Shown piece after piece: positions 37,252-44,704 of a stretch of DNA of 45,062 nucleotides. Location: the sequence record OZ035765.1; one strand, written 5' to 3'. Each line of letters begins with the position of its first letter. The stretch's first letter is position 1. The stretch is from Veterinaerplatzvirus T145P1. Below the pieces are notes generated by a model. It worked only from the letters and a program-made list of their open reading frames with translations. It was not told where the DNA came from and made no database searches. A program made the position numbers and the translations under genes.

Positions 37252-37418
37252 TTAATTGTTCTTAATCCACTTTAGACACATCCACAATCCAGCCCCATAG
37301 AATGCAATCTTGAGAACTTCAGCTAAGACAAGGATAATAAAGTATCCACCACCAAGTAAATCAATCATTTTTTAATCTCCATTTCCACAATTTCATAACT
37401 TATGTAATTATTTATCAT

Positions 37419-37604
37419 TCAAATAAGTGATTTTGGGTATGTCTTCATATGATTCTTGGCGGAATCTTCATCAAGATGTGCTGATATGTTGTGAAAATTG
37501 TATTCATAATCCATGCCAATTAGTATGTATATCTTATCGTGAGCATTAATGAAGTTATTTGATTTTATTTCCCCAAGCGACCAGCCCTTTCCTTTTCTAA
37601 TCAT
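37419..37604 (-). CDS. hypothetical protein
   Basis: 61 aa; ATGA overlap with the upstream gene. Confidence 0.4.
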   Translation of the reverse strand: MIRKGKGWSLGEIKSNNFINAHDKIYILIGMDYEYNFHNISAHLDEDSAKNHMKTYPKSLI

Positions 37605-37954
37605 TTGTATTGAGCCTCAAATCTGTAGTCGCCGCAGATTGTAATAAATCCAACCTCATCATCCCTTAAAAGCTGCCAAGCATTACCCTCTTTATCGTAA
37701 ATGCATCCAGCGCGCTGCCCAAGTCCAGCATGGAGATCTACTTGATATCGCTTACCTTCAGTAAAGTATTTTCGAATAGATGAGCGATGATTGACCTTTG
37801 TGCAATAAATTGTCTTTGTCTTAATATACTTTCCGCGCTCTTCCAGGTTAATCCATTTGCCATCTTTCTTGATTTGCTCTACACCATCTTTAACGCGAGA
37901 TTTGTAGAGTACGTTTTCGTTGCTGATCCAGTTTTTGGTAATCGTAGTAGTCAT
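37601..37954 (-). CDS. hypothetical protein
   Basis: 117 aa; promoter module on minus strand at 37996-38038. Confidence 0.45.
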   Translation of the reverse strand: MTTTITKNWISNENVLYKSRVKDGVEQIKKDGKWINLEERGKYIKTKTIYCTKVNHRSSIRKYFTEGKRYQVDLHAGLGQRAGCIYDKEGNAWQLLRDDEVGFITICGDYRFEAQYK

Positions 37955-37995
37955 TTCTTTTACCCTTCGTTGTTTCGTTTCGTTTCGATTGGATA

Positions 37996-38038
37996 ACTAT
38001 ACATTGAAAGCCCCGAAGGGCTTTAGCAATTAGTGCTG
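37996..38038 (-). promoter_or_regulatory. conserved promoter/operator module
   Basis: Minus strand TAGCACTAATTGCTA, 22 bp, TATAGT, leader TATCCAATCGAAACGAAACG. Confidence 0.5.
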
Positions 38039-38187
38039 TTTCGTGCTTTCTCTATCGCCTTGAGCATGATTTCGTGACTCTCAAGCAAATCCTCATTGAA
38101 CCAATCTCCGCAAGGCCAGCCCTTTCCGCTATACGCACTTATGACTTCCAGATCGAAATAATTTATCTCAGATGGCAGGAGCATCAT
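38023..38187 (-). CDS. hypothetical protein (54 aa)
   Basis: Translationally coupled; stop codon lies inside the operator palindrome. Confidence 0.3.
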   Translation of the reverse strand: MMLLPSEINYFDLEVISAYSGKGWPCGDWFNEDLLESHEIMLKAIEKARNSTNC

Positions 38188-38426
38188 TTCACCTCATCAA
38201 AAGTTGCAATCCCAGGAATAAACATCCCAACCTTCCAGCCTGCAATGGCAATCCATCCAGAATCGTGCTTGTGCGGTCGCTCAGCGCCATTAATCACCCA
38301 TTCGTTCGGGATTGTCTTGCCGTTAATGATTAGAGGCTCAGCGTCGTATACAGAGCCTTTAACGAATGGTGTTAAGGCTTTCTTGTCAGTGCTATTGATA
38401 ACGTTAGTGCAGATTATTTTAGTCAT
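38184..38426 (-). CDS. hypothetical protein
   Basis: 80 aa, GAGG RBS. Confidence 0.45.
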   Translation of the reverse strand: MTKIICTNVINSTDKKALTPFVKGSVYDAEPLIINGKTIPNEWVINGAERPHKHDSGWIAIAGWKVGMFIPGIATFDEVK

Positions 38427-38610
38427 TTACAACCTCGTACTCACCTTTATAAACAGCGACCTCTTCATTCACATTGTTTACAATCACTGCTAAACAAAGA
38501 GCACCCAAATATTTTACCACTTCGTACTCGCAGCCAAGCGTCAGACCATAGTCCTCACATGAACGTCCACTGCAATCTAAATCTTCGAATTTAACTAACT
38601 TAATTTTCAT
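38419..38610 (-). CDS. hypothetical protein
   Basis: 63 aa, GAGGA RBS. Confidence 0.45.
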   Translation of the reverse strand: MKIKLVKFEDLDCSGRSCEDYGLTLGCEYEVVKYLGALCLAVIVNNVNEEVAVYKGEYEVVND

Positions 38611-38620
38611 ATCTCAATCC

Positions 38621-38800
38621 TCAAATAAATGGCAAGCATTCGACGCAGCCAAGCCCATCACAGCACATGAATTCATCTTCTGACTGGAATTGCTTTGCTA
38701 AATCAATGTCTAGCCTTCCGCGCACCACAAGGTCGGTGTAATCTTCATTAAGCCCAATCAGTGCGCACTCGTTACGTAACTCATCTTTATTCTTTTTCAT
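38621..38800 (-). CDS. hypothetical Cys-rich protein (59 aa)
   Basis: C-terminal CCDGLGCVEC cluster; ATGA coupling with the upstream gene. Confidence 0.35.
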   Translation of the reverse strand: MKKNKDELRNECALIGLNEDYTDLVVRGRLDIDLAKQFQSEDEFMCCDGLGCVECLPFI

Positions 38801-38964
38801 TTATCCTGGCCTTTTAAATTATAACGCTCTCTCAGAACTTCAACCCATTCTTGCGCGTCATTCTCTCTCATGAAGAAACTTAAATTTGGGTACTTGTGAA
38901 ACCCTTTAAGTTCAACTATCCAATGACCACCTTCGTAACTATAACTAACTTTCTTCTCTGTCAT
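38797..38964 (-). CDS. hypothetical protein (55 aa)
   Basis: First gene of the minus-strand operon after a long structured leader. Confidence 0.35.
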   Translation of the reverse strand: MTEKKVSYSYEGGHWIVELKGFHKYPNLSFFMRENDAQEWVEVLRERYNLKGQDK

Positions 38965-39175
38965 TTTGTTACCTTTTGAGTTTTTTTATTATCGACATCT
39001 CTTCAACGTACTCGCTACAACTCGGGATTTTACTCCCGGCCCGGCATCCTAACAAAAGGACCCGATCGGCGCTTTGGTGGGTGAGGTAACGCTTCCTCAC
39101 ATTGCGCGGTAGTATTTACTCCTTTTGGTCTCTTTCGAGAGTGACTCAGAGTCTGCTACCGTGTCGATGAGATTA

Positions 39176-39219
39176 AGTATACGCATAGTTAGCCACACTG
39201 TCTTTAGCAAAAAGTGCTA
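39176..39219 (-). promoter_or_regulatory. conserved promoter/operator module (minus-strand small-gene operon)
   Basis: Minus strand TAGCACTTTTTGCTA, 23 bp, TATACT; followed by about 200 nt leader. Confidence 0.45.
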
Positions 39220-39232
39220 TTCGTTAGATTTA

Positions 39233-39321
39233 TGTATTGTTGCAGATATTGCAATGATTCACTTGATTATTGCACATACAGCAATATTGCTTCCGATGCA
39301 ATGATGTTTTTGATTGTTGCG
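39233..39321. repeat. iteron-like array of ATTG(N)TGCA / ATTGCAAT motifs
   Basis: At least six related motifs spaced 14-18 bp apart. Confidence 0.5.
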
Positions 39322-39508
39322 AAAAGTGAAATTAAGTGGTGAGTGAGTGAATGAAAGATGGATGGACTACCATACAAGTTGATTTTTACCAATCTATGGG
39401 AGCCTCACGGATATACGCGTATCCTCCGTATACTCAGTGTCGTCACAAAAGTTAGTGACCACTAACCTACGTTTTTACGCGATATATACACACGATATAC
39501 AATATAAT

Positions 39509-39574
39509 ATCTATATATATCAACCTTTTACTTTATTATTATTATTATTATTATATATATGTATACTGTGTATA
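39509..39574. repeat. AT-rich block, copy 2 with longer (ATT)n tract
   Basis: Same core as 20695-20751 with two to three extra ATT units. Confidence 0.7.
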
Positions 39575-39614
39575 CCGGTAATTGGTGAGATTATTGATAT
39601 GTTCCGCGCAGATA

Positions 39615-39632
39615 TTCTGACACCTGTCAGAA
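39615..39632. promoter_or_regulatory. perfect 8-bp-arm inverted repeat TTCTGACA-CC-TGTCAGAA
   Basis: Directly readable palindrome downstream of the AT-rich block and upstream of the 39850 gene. Confidence 0.45.
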
Positions 39633-39849
39633 ATGGATGGCATTGTAGGAATAAAAGGCACATATATAGGGAATGGCTTCAAAAATCTGTACACATCGGA
39701 TACGGCACATTTACAACCAGCAATGGAGGGGCCTCTGGAGGCAAGAAGCGTATCCATGATAAAATAGACGAAAATATACATTGACCGACACGTAAATAGA
39801 TGGCAATATAGCAGTCACTGAAACGAAGTAAAACAAACGAGGTATCAAC

Positions 39850-40398
39850 ATGCAGAAAGTAACACTAGGTGAAGTTATCCGTGAGATGGTGCGCAACGCG
39901 ATGGTGTCCGAGAGTGGTGAGTTTAAAGTTCCGGTTAGCCAGATATTCAAACTGGTTCGAGGCAAGGAATACCCTGAAATGGTGTATGACGAAGATACTA
40001 GTGAGATCCTCAACCTGGCAGATAGGGCGATGCCGGAACTAAAGAACTCATACATCTATAACACAGTGTCGAGAATGACAGAGCTTCGCGATGCTAATAA
40101 GCGAGCGAGATATAAGTTCATCTGGATTGATGATGACGGAGAGCAAACAAGGCCCGGTAGCTTCGACGGTGATGGCGCTGATAAATACCTGGTCATATAC
40201 ATTGAGAACGGCGCGCACTGGACTGGGAGTCGCGAAAAGAAAAAGCAGGAAGCGGAGAAAGAGGCGGCTATCATTGAAAAGTTCAAGTCTAGACTGCTCA
40301 AGCTGTCACCAAGTGTTGCTGGCTTGGAAGGTGAAGAACTTAAGGGCGCTGTTACAATGATTAATGCTTATCAGGAAATGATTAAGGAGACTAAGTAG
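39850..40398 (+). CDS. hypothetical protein
   Basis: 182 aa; first plus-strand gene after the divergent control region. Confidence 0.5.
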   Translation: MQKVTLGEVIREMVRNAMVSESGEFKVPVSQIFKLVRGKEYPEMVYDEDTSEILNLADRAMPELKNSYIYNTVSRMTELRDANKRARYKFIWIDDDGEQTRPGSFDGDGADKYLVIYIENGAHWTGSREKKKQEAEKEAAIIEKFKSRLLKLSPSVAGLEGEELKGAVTMINAYQEMIKETK

Positions 40399-40489
40399 TA
40401 GACTACCATACCACTTGCGGTACAGCGAGGAAGAGGTTGAGGTGGCCATTGAGTTCTATCGGAAAGCTAAATCACTACTGAATGGTAAA

Positions 40490-40533
40490 TAGCACTTTTT
40501 GCCTAACGCGGTAATGCCATGGATGGCATAATA
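40490..40533 (+). promoter_or_regulatory. conserved promoter/operator module
   Basis: TAGCACTTTTTGCCTA, CATAAT, leader GCCTCATCGAAACGAG. Confidence 0.45.
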
Positions 40534-40570
40534 GCCTCATCGAAACGAGATACGTAAATGAGGATTTAAA

Positions 40571-40789
40571 ATGAGCAAGACAATCACGCTGCAATGCCTT
40601 AAGACAAATAACCCAGAGTTCTTAAAAGGTCACAAATATGTGGCAACCCTGGTGGATGGGAAAACATGGGCGGTTAAGGGTGGATTCCAGGATTACAAAT
40701 TCCCACTTGAGCACATACCTGGCGGAAACCTTGGTTTTGTTAGTGACTGCCGCTCAGTTAAGTTTGTTTTTGAGGTTGTAATGAAATAG
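40571..40789 (+). CDS. hypothetical protein
   Basis: 72 aa; promoter module at 40490-40533. Confidence 0.45.
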   Translation: MSKTITLQCLKTNNPEFLKGHKYVATLVDGKTWAVKGGFQDYKFPLEHIPGGNLGFVSDCRSVKFVFEVVMK

Positions 40790-40829
40790 CAATAATTGCT
40801 AAATCTTCCGCAAGGCCATTTGATATAGT
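40787..40829 (+). promoter_or_regulatory. conserved promoter/operator module
   Basis: TAGCAATAATTGCTA, 22 bp, TATAGT. Confidence 0.45.
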
Positions 40830-40870
40830 GGCCTTGTTGAAGCAAAACAACCAATCACGAGGTATAAATT

Positions 40871-41098
40871 ATGGCTATCAATAGTGTTCGAATCTCTGAC
40901 GACTACAACGAGCAGGCTGAGGTTCTTGTTTACAAAGTCTTCAATATCGATCGGGATACAATGAAGGTTAAGCTCGACCTCAATCCTGATAACGAATCAT
41001 ATCCGTCAACATACATGCTGTACACGCCAGACCAGGCTCGCCAGTTAGCAGCGTATCTGATGGAAGCGGCCCACCGAGCTGATAAGGGGGTTTTATGA
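40871..41098 (+). CDS. hypothetical protein
   Basis: 75 aa; promoter module at 40787-40829. Confidence 0.45.
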   Translation: MAINSVRISDDYNEQAEVLVYKVFNIDRDTMKVKLDLNPDNESYPSTYMLYTPDQARQLAAYLMEAAHRADKGVL

Positions 41099-41310
41099 TT
41101 ACCGATCGCAAGCTCTTTAAAGACATGGAAGGCGATGACTGCTGGATTGACACGATGACAAATTTCGGAGATGTCACTGTCGAGATTGTAATTGACGATG
41201 AATCTGGAACCTTTCCCGTGCAAGATGCGGATACCGTACGCGCAATGGGTGAGCACTTAATCAAGATGGCTGACTACATGGAGAGCCAGGGGAAATTAGC
41301 TGTAAATTAA
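41095..41310 (+). CDS. hypothetical protein
   Basis: 71 aa; ATGA overlap. Confidence 0.4.
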   Translation: MITDRKLFKDMEGDDCWIDTMTNFGDVTVEIVIDDESGTFPVQDADTVRAMGEHLIKMADYMESQGKLAVN

Positions 41311-41342
41311 TCAAGATTCGCATTATCAATAACAACGAGGAA

Positions 41343-41552
41343 ATGAAGATGGAAAATATTCGTATTGAAGATGTTCACTTTGACCAAGCTGAGGTCGGAA
41401 TCACAAAAAGCGCTCGCGGAGACGTTGTATATCTGGACTTTAATCCGGATGACTACGGGGACGGCCAGATGCTGATGCACTACAGTCCTGATAAGGCGCG
41501 CAAATTGGCGGCAGCATTAATCCTGGCGGCGGAGGAGGTGGAGAAGCAATGA
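41343..41552 (+). CDS. hypothetical protein
   Basis: 69 aa; its Y/DxDxxM/xYxPDxARxLAAxLxxAA pattern resembles the 40871-41098 product, suggesting paralogues. Confidence 0.4.
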   Translation: MKMENIRIEDVHFDQAEVGITKSARGDVVYLDFNPDDYGDGQMLMHYSPDKARKLAAALILAAEEVEKQ

Positions 41553-41809
41553 AACGTTTAATGAAATGCATGACTATTATTGCGGCAATGATTGCTCTTA
41601 CTGGTTGCGAGAAGGCACCTGAGGTTCAGATTCAGTCAGGTGAATTCAATGTGGAGCGCCTATTCACAGTGGATGGATGTACCGCCTACCGATTCCGAGA
41701 TAGCTATAGAGCCATCTACTACACAAATTGCAATGGCAGTACGCAGAGTGAGTACAGGCACGGCAGGGCCATGAGACAAGAAACAGTTCAGACAGATCGC
41801 ACTAATTGA
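41549..41809 (+). CDS. hypothetical lipoprotein
   Basis: Signal peptide with lipobox LTGC; stop codon lies inside a promoter module. Confidence 0.45.
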   Translation: MKRLMKCMTIIAAMIALTGCEKAPEVQIQSGEFNVERLFTVDGCTAYRFRDSYRAIYYTNCNGSTQSEYRHGRAMRQETVQTDRTN

Positions 41810-41839
41810 TAAAAGGGGATCCATCCTGACTGGTATAAT
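41798..41839 (+). promoter_or_regulatory. conserved promoter/operator module (variant)
   Basis: CGCACTAATTGATA, 22 bp, TATAAT, with GGGGAT/ATCCCC hairpin enclosing the -10. Confidence 0.4.
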
Positions 41840-41992
41840 CCCCAGCATCAACCACATGAATGGAAGTTAAGTGACGATATACGAACATAAATTCAGTAGC
41901 AGGGGTATTGATATGCTCCTGCGCTATGTAGACGAAAAATACGCAAATCTCATGCTTAAGACGCATGGCGGCACAATAACGAGGATTGAGAT

Positions 41993-42322
41993 ATGAGTAA
42001 ATACGATCGCAAGATTATTGGCATTGATGGCACAGTAACAACAGTAGATGTTTATCGTGTTCTTGATGCGTTTGGCGTATCTGACCCAGCCACTCAGCAT
42101 GCGGTAAAGAAGATGCTTTGCACTGGCCTGCGTGGACACAAGGATTACTTAACTGACCTTAATGACTCCATTGAGTCACTACAGAAGGCTAAAGAGATTT
42201 ACTGGCAGAAGATGATTCATGAATCCGATAAAATCACTGATTCAATTTTAAATCCACCAAAAGAAGCGAGATTTAGTACTGCTAATGGTTCAGAATTCAC
42301 TTTCGGAAAGGTTAGAGTCTAA
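41993..42322 (+). CDS. hypothetical protein
   Basis: 109 aa. Confidence 0.45.
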   Translation: MSKYDRKIIGIDGTVTTVDVYRVLDAFGVSDPATQHAVKKMLCTGLRGHKDYLTDLNDSIESLQKAKEIYWQKMIHESDKITDSILNPPKEARFSTANGSEFTFGKVRV

Positions 42323-42323
42323 A

Positions 42324-42366
42324 TAGCACGAATTGCTAAACCCGCTCCTGCGGGTTTTGTTATAGT
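42324..42366 (+). promoter_or_regulatory. conserved promoter/operator module
   Basis: TAGCACGAATTGCTA, 22-bp spacer that is itself a terminator-like hairpin, TATAGT. Confidence 0.5.
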
Positions 42367-42394
42367 TAGTTCACACCAATCGAGAGGTAAGAAA

Positions 42395-42487
42395 ATGAAG
42401 CAATACACATCAAGCAATCACCATAACGGTCACATCATGCAGTTCTATCGCCACAATCTGAAGACTAAGGTAGTGTTTGGAAAATGA
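42395..42487 (+). CDS. hypothetical peptide (30 aa)
   Basis: Follows module 42324-42366; ATGA-coupled to next gene. Confidence 0.25.
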   Translation: MKQYTSSNHHNGHIMQFYRHNLKTKVVFGK

Positions 42488-42702
42488 TTACAATTAACCT
42501 GTCAGAAAAGCAAGCAGCAGAACTCAAGTGCATGCTGTCAATCTTTGAGAAGACAAGTGACCGAGCAATTGCAAAAGAGGTCACGACTCAAATCAACAAC
42601 CAGCAGTTCGACGTCAGTGACTTCGAGTCGTCACGGCAGTACGAAGCATTAAGCGTCAACGCTGCATACCTGGCTAACTGGGATAAGGCAACGAAGAAAT
42701 GA
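42484..42702 (+). CDS. hypothetical protein
   Basis: 72 aa. Confidence 0.4.
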   Translation: MITINLSEKQAAELKCMLSIFEKTSDRAIAKEVTTQINNQQFDVSDFESSRQYEALSVNAAYLANWDKATKK

Positions 42703-42836
42703 TTTACATCCACACGTACTACACTGGTAAGTTTAATAGCGTCAAACATGTCCGTGTTCACGATAACTACGAGAGCGCAAAAGCTCAATGGTTGGTTCTT
42801 GGTGGTGACATTAATTCATACAGAGTTGCTGAGTAG
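42699..42836 (+). CDS. hypothetical protein (45 aa)
   Basis: ATGA-coupled; stop TAG is the first triplet of the next module. Confidence 0.3.
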   Translation: MIYIHTYYTGKFNSVKHVRVHDNYESAKAQWLVLGGDINSYRVAE

Positions 42837-42876
42837 CACTAATTGCTAAAACAGTATTGGGGTAATTTGTTATAGT
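42834..42876 (+). promoter_or_regulatory. conserved promoter/operator module
   Basis: TAGCACTAATTGCTA, 22 bp, TATAGT, leader TACCCCATCGAAACGAGAGAGG. Confidence 0.5.
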
Positions 42877-42906
42877 TACCCCATCGAAACGAGAGAGGAA
42901 TAAGAA

Positions 42907-43086
42907 ATGACATTTCAACAAAGTGAGCCAAAGCTCCAGGCTAATCACTTCGATGGTTATTCGACCTTTATCATTGCCCAGGCCTGCGGGATGCGTGACG
43001 AACCACAGGTTCACACAATTCACTTAACCGAAGAGCAGGCTCGAGAGATTGCTTACGAAATTCTTGAGCAATTGAACCGAATTTAA
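42907..43086 (+). CDS. hypothetical protein (59 aa)
   Basis: Follows module 42834-42876. Confidence 0.35.
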   Translation: MTFQQSEPKLQANHFDGYSTFIIAQACGMRDEPQVHTIHLTEEQAREIAYEILEQLNRI

Positions 43087-43135
43087 CGCGACTAAAGCGC
43101 ATTCTAACTAACGATAATTTAAGTAAGGTAATTCT

Positions 43136-43297
43136 ATGATTAAGATTGTTTATGTTGGCGAGAGTGATTATGTGGCGCTCATTCAGCGTGGTGATGTGTT
43201 CTTCGCTGAGCTAAGTGAGGATGGAAAATATTACATTGTAAAGAATAAGAATGGCGAGGATATTTACCTATCAAAAGATGAGGTCATAGTTCACTGA
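43136..43297 (+). CDS. hypothetical protein (53 aa)
   Basis: Short ORF in the early-gene string. Confidence 0.3.
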   Translation: MIKIVYVGESDYVALIQRGDVFFAELSEDGKYYIVKNKNGEDIYLSKDEVIVH

Positions 43298-43428
43298 TGG
43301 ATAACTACGAATCACCAAGCCAGTGGGCCAAACGAATGCAGGACGAAGCCAAGACTGGTGAAGAGGCGATGGCTTACTACGAGATAGCGCAAATTTGGAT
43401 GAAGCGGGAGGGCAAGAGCAATGATTAA
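43297..43428 (+). CDS. hypothetical protein (43 aa)
   Basis: Overlapping stop/start. Confidence 0.25.
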   Translation: MDNYESPSQWAKRMQDEAKTGEEAMAYYEIAQIWMKREGKSND

Positions 43429-43573
43429 CACTTGCATTTATTTTTATGGCCATGAATTTATTGATGACTTAATGTACTTTCACGAAAAGTATGGCGACAC
43501 ATTCGAATGCGATGGTGACAATCTTGAGGTTCTAGCGACATTCAACAGGGGTGGCAAAAATGAGTTTCACTGA
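43421..43573 (+). CDS. hypothetical protein (50 aa)
   Basis: Overlaps neighbours; Cys/His-containing. Confidence 0.25.
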   Translation: MINTCIYFYGHEFIDDLMYFHEKYGDTFECDGDNLEVLATFNRGGKNEFH

Positions 43574-43703
43574 ATATGTTATCGCATGTGAACGACTGGT
43601 CTTTGATATGAAGACTTTTCACTGGTTCATAATTAAGGATTTAGTTAAGCCTTATAAGAAAGGTGTTATGCCAGAGCAGTTTGTTAAGTCGTTCTACAAA
43701 TAG
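43560..43703 (+). CDS. hypothetical protein (47 aa)
   Basis: Stop TAG embedded in module 43701-43743. Confidence 0.25.
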   Translation: MSFTEYVIACERLVFDMKTFHWFIIKDLVKPYKKGVMPEQFVKSFYK

Positions 43704-43743
43704 CACGAATTGATAAACCAGATCGCCACGGATGGCATATAAT
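43701..43743 (+). promoter_or_regulatory. conserved promoter/operator module
   Basis: TAGCACGAATTGATA, 22 bp, TATAAT. Confidence 0.5.
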
Positions 43744-43776
43744 CACCATATCAATACAACGAGAGAGATAAAGCAA

Positions 43777-43974
43777 ATGAACAACAAATCAAATGAAGTG
43801 ACAAAGGTTAAATCACATATCGCAGAAAATAATTATGATGAGTCTTTGGATTTAGGTTTCAATTCAAGAAAAGTAGTTGTTAACGGAATCATGGGTTTTC
43901 ATTCTCGCTGCGTTATGGCTAAACCAGTTATTGGCTTTGAGTCTCGATGCGTCTTTGTTGGTGGAGTCTTATAA
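43777..43974 (+). CDS. hypothetical protein
   Basis: Start moved to ATG 43777 (purine-rich RBS). Confidence 0.4.
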   Translation: MNNKSNEVTKVKSHIAENNYDESLDLGFNSRKVVVNGIMGFHSRCVMAKPVIGFESRCVFVGGVL

Positions 43975-44213
43975 TGTTCGGATTATCAGAAGCACACTTC
44001 AACGCAGTTAAACGTCAGGCCGCAAAGTTGAACGAAGAGTACAGCAAGCTATCGCCAAAGCAGCGTAAGGACGATAGGCATGTTGCGACGTTGATTTCTA
44101 AGATGTGGGAGCCAGTTTTTACAATCATTAGTCGAGATCGCTTTGTTTGGACCAGTGGTTATCTTAAGGGTCGCGTCGGTCATGATGAGAATGGGAACAG
44201 CCTTTATGAGTGA
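43974..44213 (+). CDS. hypothetical protein
   Basis: Start moved to ATG 43974 (TAATG overlap). Confidence 0.4.
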   Translation: MFGLSEAHFNAVKRQAAKLNEEYSKLSPKQRKDDRHVATLISKMWEPVFTIISRDRFVWTSGYLKGRVGHDENGNSLYE

Positions 44214-44270
44214 GTTAACAATCTGGTTTATCGCGGGACTGATTACTTGGGCTTACTTTATGGTGGCGGC

Positions 44271-44495
44271 ATGAGAACATTGAGGCAGATTTTATTCGGT
44301 TGCAAGAAGCATCACTACGTTTACTATCGTGATATTAAATGGTTCGAGGAGGCTCATTGCAAGGGTGGTTACAAGACGAAGTTGATATGTAAGAAATGCA
44401 GGCACGTGACCAACAGCAAGGTTGATATGATGATTTGCCGTAGCACTCTTGATTATATGCGTTACGGGCTCATAAAACCGCCAGTTAAGCCTTAA
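44271..44495 (+). CDS. hypothetical Cys/His-rich protein
   Basis: CKKHH...CKKCRH suggests a small zinc-binding protein; start uncertain (44247 or 44271). Confidence 0.35.
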   Translation: MRTLRQILFGCKKHHYVYYRDIKWFEEAHCKGGYKTKLICKKCRHVTNSKVDMMICRSTLDYMRYGLIKPPVKP

Positions 44496-44509
44496 TTGTT
44501 AAAAATAGC

Positions 44510-44538
44510 TTGCATCACTGACCGGAATTATCTAATAT
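44510..44538 (+). promoter_or_regulatory. sigma70-like promoter upstream of tRNA-Arg
   Basis: TTGCAT, 17-bp spacer, TAATAT. Confidence 0.5.
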
Positions 44539-44704
44539 TAACCACGTAGACAAACGAGCCATCCAAGATGGAACGGCGCACGGAGCGCAACTACTAAGTC
44601 CGTTGCTCATTAAGTAGCGTATGCGGCATTAAGACCTAGCGCAAATAGGCAGATTAATCGGCTGTATCAGGCAGCCCCGGAGCCGTAACCGTGACTAATT
44701 CAAG

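Noticed and set aside
38074-38493. 139-aa plus-strand ORF
   Set aside because: No RBS; it runs antisense to three minus-strand genes that have good RBSs, coupled overlaps and a promoter module.
39615-39632. Possible LexA (SOS) box
   Set aside because: CTG and CAG arms are spaced by 8 rather than 10 nucleotides and lack the TA-rich centre of the CTGT-N8-ACAG consensus.
39437-39784. 115-aa plus-strand ORF spanning the AT-rich repeat
   Set aside because: Translation is low complexity (poly-Leu/Ile from the ATT microsatellite) and the ORF crosses obvious regulatory DNA; at most a short 3' portion from about 39599 could be coding.
44540-44704. Possible second tRNA between the promoter and tRNA-Arg
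   Set aside because: No cloverleaf could be folded and no T-loop GTTCRA motif is present; retained only as a possible structured leader.
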